In this document: one piece after another, positions 25,443 to 30,951 of the stretch
Position numbering within the stretch: the stretch's first letter is position 1
Layout of the letters: every line of letters begins with the position of its first letter
IMG/VR virus record: IMGVR_UViG_3300025637_000005
Span: 1-30,951 of that record
Direction: 5' to 3' (one strand)
DNA length: 30,951 bases
DNA from: a virus
Lineage: Duplodnaviria > Caudoviricetes
The notes under the pieces: model-generated
Told to the model about the DNA's origin: nothing
Seen by the model: only the letters and a program-made list of their open reading frames with translations
The model's database searches: none
Made by a program: the position numbers and the translations under genes

Positions 25443-26310
25443 CAGTTTGTTCTTTCTTTTGTCTATGGTATCGCGTTGAAGATGCGAATATCTCAGGGTA
25501 GTTCTGTTCCATGAATAACCATAAAGGTTTCTTTTCGTATTTCCTGCACAGATAATCAAGTGATACTTCTGTCAAATCATAGCTACCATTTGAGACTTCA
25601 TTCTTAACAAGTATCCCACGCCATTCAGTGTTCCCCTGTGCGCCAATGTAATCTTCTGAGTGTAGATAGCCAGCACCACAAACCAGCCCACGCAGACGCG
25701 CCCCATTGTTTAGGAACCTTTGCCCGGTAATATAGGTTTGTTGATGTCCCATCGAGAAAGAGAAGCCAACTGTTTTCAATCTGGTATCAATTGAGGTGCC
25801 ACCATATGGCTTGCCAGTCATGGGGTTTGAAAAGTAATGGCTGTAATGAACACCATCAATTTCAATCACATCAAGAAAGGGAATCACTTGCCAGCCTTGG
25901 CCAGCGTAGTTCAGATGATCAGTTGAAAGTACACCTGACAAGGTTGCATCATTTTGTACAGCTCGGTTGATTCTGTGTTCATGGTTGCCCAATGTCATCA
26001 CCATCTGTGGCTTCCATTGTTTGACCTTTCGCTTCAACCTTTGCTTGTTGTGTTTATGGATGGGTGCCATCATTACTTTCATTGCAGCATTGGCAGCGCT
26101 AATGTCTTTTAAATACCTTCGACCTTCAAAGGTTTTCTTGCCTTTGTCATAAGATGAAAGTGATTCCATATCAGCAAAGTCACCAATACACACGATCACA
26201 TCAGGTTGAGCCGATACAATATAGCGCCCAATCCAATTAAGGTGATCAGTTGGCGTTTCAGGTGTTACCTGCATATCTGGAATGAATAAATGTCTTCTTC
26301 CTTTCTTCAT
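25432..26310 (-). CDS. calcineurin-like metallophosphoesterase
   Basis: IPDMQ, IGDFAD, GNHE, YSHY, GHQQ metal-binding motifs. Confidence 0.88.
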   Translation of the reverse strand: MKKGRRHLFIPDMQVTPETPTDHLNWIGRYIVSAQPDVIVCIGDFADMESLSSYDKGKKTFEGRRYLKDISAANAAMKVMMAPIHKHNKQRLKRKVKQWKPQMVMTLGNHEHRINRAVQNDATLSGVLSTDHLNYAGQGWQVIPFLDVIEIDGVHYSHYFSNPMTGKPYGGTSIDTRLKTVGFSFSMGHQQTYITGQRFLNNGARLRGLVCGAGYLHSEDYIGAQGNTEWRGILVKNEVSNGSYDLTEVSLDYLCRKYEKKPLWLFMEQNYPEIFASSTRYHRQKKEQTDEA

Positions 26311-26726
26311 GCTTGGCCAATCCTTTTCAAGTGATAATTGATTTGCTGTTTCCATTCTGTTGTCATATCTATCAAATCTTGCTTGCTGTACTTGGTGACT
26401 TTGTTTCGATTAATCATCAAGTCAACTTGTTCACGGCCATACATGTCAACCATATATAAAGTGTAGGATGCTTCTGCATTACCATATCGCATTCTAAAAC
26501 CATTGCAAGCGGCGCATTGTGGATGAACATTTTCTTCAATCAATGCCCATTCATTTGTTCCGCCTTTGCCCTTAGCTATGAAATGCCCGCCTTGCATTCC
26601 TTCATTCCATTGCCTTGTGACCCCACAGGTTACACACGAACAAAACCCTTGGTCATCTGCTGCTTTAATCCTGACAAGCTTTTGAAGCGTGTTCAGCGCG
26701 TTTGTTCTTGGTGTAGTCTTTGGCAT
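26307..26726 (-). CDS. ninG: NinG/Rap-like endonuclease
   Basis: CVTCG, GGHFI, ENVHPQCAACN. Confidence 0.8.
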   Translation of the reverse strand: MPKTTPRTNALNTLQKLVRIKAADDQGFCSCVTCGVTRQWNEGMQGGHFIAKGKGGTNEWALIEENVHPQCAACNGFRMRYGNAEASYTLYMVDMYGREQVDLMINRNKVTKYSKQDLIDMTTEWKQQINYHLKRIGQA

Positions 26727-27169
26727 TACAAATCATCCCTTGATGGAAATTCTGTGATGGTGAAATTCATGCGGGCAAGAAAGAAAGCTTGGAGGGCTGA
26801 ATAGATTTTATCAACTTCTGAGGTGGTCAGTTCTGAAGTGCTGTTTTTTTGTACCAATGCCCTTTGCATGATGCGCCAAAGGTTCTTGGTTGAATCCCTA
26901 TCCCAACAAGCATGGGAACCATCTTTAAGATTCTCAAAGACAAGCTTTTGTGTCAGCCCTTCCGCATTAAGTTCCATAGCAAGCCAATCAAAGAACAAGT
27001 GAAGTGCGGCGTTCTGCGCCGTAGATCTTGGCTTTTTGACCTTTGACAATGGTTCAATTGTTATCTGATAACCACCATCAGGGAATGCGCCCTTCAGTTC
27101 TTCCAAGTGTAGCAGCTTGCCAATCTCATGCGGCCCTGTCATCACTAGCTGTTTCTTATGCTTAATCAC
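26726..27169 (-). CDS. NinB-like recombination protein
   Basis: RSTAQNAALH and STSELTTSE motifs; GTG start with RBS GGGGA. Confidence 0.6.
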   Translation of the reverse strand: MIKHKKQLVMTGPHEIGKLLHLEELKGAFPDGGYQITIEPLSKVKKPRSTAQNAALHLFFDWLAMELNAEGLTQKLVFENLKDGSHACWDRDSTKNLWRIMQRALVQKNSTSELTTSEVDKIYSALQAFFLARMNFTITEFPSRDDL

Positions 27170-27179
27170 TATTGATCCC

Positions 27180-27395
27180 CTAATAAGGACAAGTCAAAGC
27201 CCATTCATCTTCAATGATTGCGCGTATATGTTCACGCACCAGCTTACCCAGTTGAGCGTTATCATTTGATGTCAGCGCTTCTAGCATTTGTTCAAAGGCT
27301 TCTGAATCAGATTCAATGGCATAGGCCACACCATCACCAATTGCATCAGCTAAGGTTTCACGATCATTAACGAAATCAAGATAATTCATTTTCAT
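27180..27395 (-). CDS. acidic hypothetical protein
   Basis: 71 aa; ATGA coupling to the MTase stop. Confidence 0.65.
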   Translation of the reverse strand: MKMNYLDFVNDRETLADAIGDGVAYAIESDSEAFEQMLEALTSNDNAQLGKLVREHIRAIIEDEWALTCPY

Positions 27396-28129
27396 ACCAC
27401 TTTTTTAATTTGTTGTTTAAGGGTTTCTTCTGATTGTTTTATTCTCTCACTAGCTATATTAAAATATTCTTCATCAAGTTCAATGCCTATGAAGTTGCGC
27501 CCAGTATTGACGCAAGCCACACCAGTTGAACCTGAACCCATAGTGAAATCCAAAATTGTTTGATTCTCGTTTGTATAGGTTTTGATTAAGTATTCCATAA
27601 GAGCCACTGGCTTTTGGGTTGGGTGAAAGCTACCACGATCACGATTAAATTTTTGCACAGTTTTGGGGTATCGCTTGCCAGTATTAACTGTGACAACATT
27701 TTCTGACTTATTATAAAGCTGCGAATCGCTTCCTTTTTTTACAGTATATGGTTTACCTTTTGTGAATTGTGGATTGTATGTTGGTTGCTTTTTATAAAAA
27801 ACAAGGACAGATTCGGCATCTCGCAGAGGTTGCTTTTTCGCGTTTAACATGCCTGTTCCTGCTTCTTTCTGCCAAACCCAATCATATTTAAATTGTTTTA
27901 AATTAGAGCAAACTAAAACACTTGTGAATGGTTGGGCGGCTGTCAAAACAATAGCCCCATCAGGCTTAATAATTCTTTTCAATTCATGCCACATGTTATC
28001 TATTGAGATAACCGAATCCCATTTACATCGAGTAGTGCCATACGGCGGATCTGTCAATATCATATCAACACTACCATCAGGTATTTCTTTCATGCGTTCA
28101 AGGCAATCACCTTGCATCAAATTAATCAT
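27392..28129 (-). CDS. DNA N6-adenine/N4-cytosine methyltransferase, beta class
   Basis: TDPPYG precedes HPTQKPVAL and DFTMGSGSTG; no adjacent restriction enzyme gene recognised. Confidence 0.93.
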   Translation of the reverse strand: MINLMQGDCLERMKEIPDGSVDMILTDPPYGTTRCKWDSVISIDNMWHELKRIIKPDGAIVLTAAQPFTSVLVCSNLKQFKYDWVWQKEAGTGMLNAKKQPLRDAESVLVFYKKQPTYNPQFTKGKPYTVKKGSDSQLYNKSENVVTVNTGKRYPKTVQKFNRDRGSFHPTQKPVALMEYLIKTYTNENQTILDFTMGSGSTGVACVNTGRNFIGIELDEEYFNIASERIKQSEETLKQQIKKVV

Positions 28130-28316
28130 AGATTTTACCCGGGCGCGAATCATTCACTACCTTGGGGTTCCTGCTTAGATAGTCAGTCAGCCAAGGGCCA
28201 CCATCAATCCCGACAGTTGAATACTCAGATGAATTGATACCTTTACGCTTTAGCCAATGCCTGTCGCGGCGGTTCAATGTCATGTTGCCTTTCTGGTTTA
28301 GTTTTGTTTTCTTCAT
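28122..28316 (-). CDS. basic hypothetical protein
   Basis: Abuts the upstream stop (TAA-ATG) and overlaps the MTase start. Confidence 0.5.
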   Translation of the reverse strand: MKKTKLNQKGNMTLNRRDRHWLKRKGINSSEYSTVGIDGGPWLTDYLSRNPKVVNDSRPGKIYD

Positions 28317-29159
28317 TTAGTCCCCACAAAAACAAGATATTGATTGATCATTACCAAAATCAAAACCTTGTTGGTCAGTTGCAATAATTTTTAATTCTTC
28401 ATAGCCAAGTTCTAGCCTATTGAAATAATCACCCTGTTTTTTTTCTTCTCTTAACCACCAATCAGCAAGTTCTGGCTTCTGCTGAATGATTGATAATCTT
28501 TTTGATTTACCTTTAAGGAAGCAAAGATCACAATTGCCCCAATCAGTTACCCCATTATTATTGGGTAGCTGCAAATCGAATGCTTGTTTTTTCCAAAATT
28601 CGCCAATATCTTCTTTTGATATATTATCATGATAGAGAGGAAGCATTTTTTCTGAACCATCAGAAACAACACCTAGCATCTTCATTGCCCTTCTTTGTTC
28701 ATCAGCTCTAATTCCAATCATGGCTTGATAGGGTGAAGCAAAACCTTCAGATTTTAAAAACCTGTGAATGGTTCTGATTTTCATTTGCCCAGAGCACATC
28801 CGGTTCATTGGGTTTGGCAACTGGCCAACATCATTAATCAACTTGGAAAAAGGTTCGCCATTCCTGCTTGCAGTTTTATGGTCAACTTCCTTCCAGAAAT
28901 AGTTATAATTTTTTGAATCTTGCTTTTTTATTCTGCCATCATATTCTAGCCAATGAATTTTTACGCCCCAATTTGCAGAACAGTCACGCACAAAATCAAG
29001 CGTGTGGGGCATTTCTTTTCCAGTATTAGCAAAGCAGACTTTGACATAATCAGGAAGCTTGCCATCATGCGCTTCAAGTGTTTTGAACAACATGAAAGCT
29101 GAAGTTCTGCCACCTGAAAAGCTTATCAAAGTTGGTTCATCACAAAAATAATAATTCAT
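28317..29159 (-). CDS. NinC-like / PAPS-reductase-family PP-loop protein
   Basis: SFSGGRTS, FANTGKE, IGIRADE, WKKQAFDLQL, GNCDLCFLK, terminal CFCGD. Confidence 0.85.
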   Translation of the reverse strand: MNYYFCDEPTLISFSGGRTSAFMLFKTLEAHDGKLPDYVKVCFANTGKEMPHTLDFVRDCSANWGVKIHWLEYDGRIKKQDSKNYNYFWKEVDHKTASRNGEPFSKLINDVGQLPNPMNRMCSGQMKIRTIHRFLKSEGFASPYQAMIGIRADEQRRAMKMLGVVSDGSEKMLPLYHDNISKEDIGEFWKKQAFDLQLPNNNGVTDWGNCDLCFLKGKSKRLSIIQQKPELADWWLREEKKQGDYFNRLELGYEELKIIATDQQGFDFGNDQSISCFCGD

Positions 29160-29389
29160 TAAAAAGGTGATCCTAAAAAGATGCGGTCATAAATTTCTGC
29201 TTCTGGTTCAAGGTATCGTTCTGAATAGGTTTCTGAATCTGGCTTGATGCCATCAACGAAATCTTCAAAGGCAATGCAAGCAAAGCCATTCGCGCAAATC
29301 TTTATCTTTGGACAGTTGAGAATTTCACAGGGGGATTTTGTATCACCCGCGATTTCTATAAGTCTTTCGGGGGTGACAATGGCGCTCAC
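29159..29389 (-). CDS. Cys-rich hypothetical protein
   Basis: SPCEILNCPKIKICANGFACIAF; coupled on both sides. Confidence 0.6.
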   Translation of the reverse strand: MSAIVTPERLIEIAGDTKSPCEILNCPKIKICANGFACIAFEDFVDGIKPDSETYSERYLEPEAEIYDRIFLGSPF

Positions 29390-29658
29390 TTTTTCTTATT
29401 CCTTTTGACTTGCTTGACCTTGTTGGCTCTAAAAAACAAATCAAGTGCTTGTCTTGCATCCCTGATTTCAACTGGTGGCAGGTCATCTATTAAAATTTTA
29501 TTCTTGATAAGCATTTCTACAATATCCATGCGCCTTGCATAAAGCTCAGTTGTTGCGATGTCCCAATATGTAATATCAATTTTGCTGGCTATACAAAGAG
29601 CGTTCAAAAATTCAATATCACGGCCAAAGGTTTTGTATAAGTCTTTCAGATCAATCAT
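29386..29658 (-). CDS. hypothetical protein
   Basis: ATGA coupling in the operon. Confidence 0.6.
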   Translation of the reverse strand: MIDLKDLYKTFGRDIEFLNALCIASKIDITYWDIATTELYARRMDIVEMLIKNKILIDDLPPVEIRDARQALDLFFRANKVKQVKRNKKK

Positions 29659-29858
29659 GTTTCACCCACTATGTCGCGTTCAAGCATCAAATTAAAAATG
29701 TTCAATCTTTGTTCATACATCTGAATGGTTGCAAGATCACGATCACCACGGTTGATGAACTTGGCTTTGTACAAATCATTAACGCGATCAATTGCATGAC
29801 CAAGATCATCATGAAGCTTTATCAATTGCTTGTCGTATTTACTCAAATCATCATTCAT
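29655..29858 (-). CDS. hypothetical protein
   Basis: RBS GGGGTG; coupled in the operon. Confidence 0.6.
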   Translation of the reverse strand: MNDDLSKYDKQLIKLHDDLGHAIDRVNDLYKAKFINRGDRDLATIQMYEQRLNIFNLMLERDIVGET

Positions 29859-29951
29859 TTAACACCCCACTATCAAGTTTTGAAAGAGTAATACAAAAGC
29901 ATAGGCGGCGCAAATAATAGCGGCCAATTGTAATAGATCATCTTTGTTCAT
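29859..29951 (-). CDS. membrane micropeptide C (30 aa)
   Basis: MNKDDLLQLAAIICAAYAFVLLFQNLIVGC*; TAATG-coupled. Confidence 0.6.
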   Translation of the reverse strand: MNKDDLLQLAAIICAAYAFVLLFQNLIVGC

Positions 29952-30040
29952 TATATGCGCCCATCCATAATGGCTGTGAAAATAATCAAGGTGGGTATTG
30001 CCACCAAGAAAAAGCAAAAAAAGTCTTCGTCAAAATTCAT
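29951..30040 (-). CDS. membrane micropeptide B (29 aa)
   Basis: MNFDEDFFCFFLVAIPTLIIFTAIMDGRI*; TAATG-coupled at both ends. Confidence 0.6.
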   Translation of the reverse strand: MNFDEDFFCFFLVAIPTLIIFTAIMDGRI

Positions 30041-30150
30041 TATAAGGAACTCAAAAATTGATCAAGACCCCAACAATAAACACCAATAATTATAATGGCG
30101 AAAATTGCTGCTTGTATATTTTCTGCTTTGGCTGACATTCTTTGTTTCAT
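30040..30150 (-). CDS. membrane micropeptide A (36 aa)
   Basis: MKQRMSAKAENIQAAIFAIIIIGVYCWGLDQFLSSL*; RBS CAGGA. Confidence 0.6.
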   Translation of the reverse strand: MKQRMSAKAENIQAAIFAIIIIGVYCWGLDQFLSSL

Positions 30151-30215
30151 TTAATTTGATCCTGTTGTTTGGTTGATGTTTTAACAATAGACCAAATTTA
30201 AAAAGCTGCTTTGAT

Positions 30216-30232
30216 TTGTGATTTTATCACAA
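30216..30232 (-). promoter_or_regulatory. palindromic operator containing an extended -10 element
   Basis: TTGTGAT-TTT-ATCACAA; minus strand reads TGaTAAAAT; lies in a 200-bp AT-rich gap. Confidence 0.5.
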
Positions 30233-30355
30233 TTCATTTTCTTAACTTCGCCACGAAACACCCAGTAAATACAAAAATTTTAATTAATTTGTTTTAAATT
30301 AATGGCTTAGATAAAAAATCATAATCATTTATTTACAAAAATACGACATTGAACT

Positions 30356-30571
30356 TTATCTTAATACACCAGTTCCCAATGGAATAGTTTTAATTTCAAT
30401 TGAATCTTCAGAACAATTATTCGCTACATCATTATTGCTTTCATCTTGTTCTGGTTCTTCTTCTTGCTTGCCTTTTGACCAGTCTATATTGTCAAAGTTA
30501 TCATTGAATGAAACTTCATCAGCGGTCTTTCTACGCTTTGAGCCTTTGCCGTTTTGTGCTGTGTTAGCCAT
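30356..30571 (-). CDS. hypothetical protein
   Basis: NGKGSKRRK...FNDNFDNIDW motif, acidic tail. Confidence 0.65.
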   Translation of the reverse strand: MANTAQNGKGSKRRKTADEVSFNDNFDNIDWSKGKQEEEPEQDESNNDVANNCSEDSIEIKTIPLGTGVLR

Positions 30572-30797
30572 TGTCTTTTACCTTCATCAGTTCAATCATC
30601 TTGTTCATATACCAAACAGCTTTTTGTGCATCTTGGATAGGGTTTTTTTTATTATGTAAACGGCTGCCAGTATACTTAATGACATTGCCATGACAGTAAT
30701 GAATAGCACCTTCAACACCAAGAACATCAACCAGATAATCAATGGTTTCAATCTTGCCAGCGGTGTAATGACTTGGGTGGTTGACGGGATCATTCAT
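30564..30797 (-). CDS. DUF3310-family protein (T7 gp1.7 nucleotide kinase-like)
   Basis: DPVNHPSHYTAGKIETIDY...GNVIKY...DAQKAVWY. Confidence 0.88.
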   Translation of the reverse strand: MNDPVNHPSHYTAGKIETIDYLVDVLGVEGAIHYCHGNVIKYTGSRLHNKKNPIQDAQKAVWYMNKMIELMKVKDNG

Positions 30798-30951
30798 CAC
30801 CATCACCATCAACTGGTTCAAAAGAGTTCCAAACGCCAACTTCAACAAGCCACATTTGTTTTGGTGCCTTCAGTTTAACCATGTCACAAAAGCTTTCGGC
30901 AATTGCTTGAACCTGATCTTCAAGGCTTTCATCTTCATTGACAATTAATGA
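30790..30951 (-). CDS. hypothetical protein, 3' part of the junction-spanning ORF starting at 220
   Basis: Stop TGA at 30792-30790 overlaps the DUF3310 start. Confidence 0.7.
   Translation of the reverse strand, partial: SLIVNEDESLEDQVQAIAESFCDMVKLKAPKQMWLVEVGVWNSFEPVDGDGDE
30825..30951. repeat. 127-bp terminal direct repeat, right copy
   Basis: Identical to 1-127. Confidence 0.95.

Noticed and set aside
28317-29159. Auxiliary metabolic cysH (sulfate assimilation)
   Set aside because: Motifs and context match the phage NinC-like branch; no other sulfur genes present
30690-30878. Plus-strand ORF with a His6 run
   Set aside because: Antisense reading of the GATGGT repeats that encode DGDGDE on the minus strand
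30825-30951. 127-bp terminal repeat as a biological DTR
   Set aside because: It falls in the middle of a gene and 127 is a common assembler k-mer length, so it is best read as circular overlap

Overview
The window is an apparently complete ~30.8-kb genome of a tailed dsDNA phage with an HK97-type head and a long non-contractile tail, probably infecting a Gram-negative host (inference). Positions 1-127 are repeated exactly at 30825-30951 and one ORF reads intact across the join, so the assembly is circular with a 30,824-bp unit. There are two transcription arms, diverging from back-to-back sigma70-like promoters at ~3610-3702 and converging on a long hairpin at ~23977-24038. The minus arm carries a replication initiator with an internal iteron origin, a C5 methyltransferase, DnaB, DUF3310, micropeptides, a NinC-like protein, an N6/N4 methyltransferase, NinB/NinG-like proteins, a metallophosphoesterase, an ERF recombinase and an SSB. 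The plus arm carries lysis genes, an HNH, an acidic-protein/HTH accessory cassette, terminase, portal, ClpP protease, capsid and tail. I found no integrase, CI-like repressor, tRNA or CRISPR array. Most notable: (1) the cytosine methyltransferase is split over two almost fully overlapping same-strand frames that start at a shared ATGTG behind one RBS, with motifs I-VIII and X in one frame and motif IX in the other; (2) the tail tip is built from tandem paralogues, two distal-tail-like genes and three receptor-binding-like genes with C1q/BclA-like heads, suggesting hetero-oligomeric assembly; (3) an acr/aca-like cassette sits between HNH and terS; (4) three translationally coupled membrane micropeptides head an early operon. 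All family calls come from motif recognition by eye; no searches were run.
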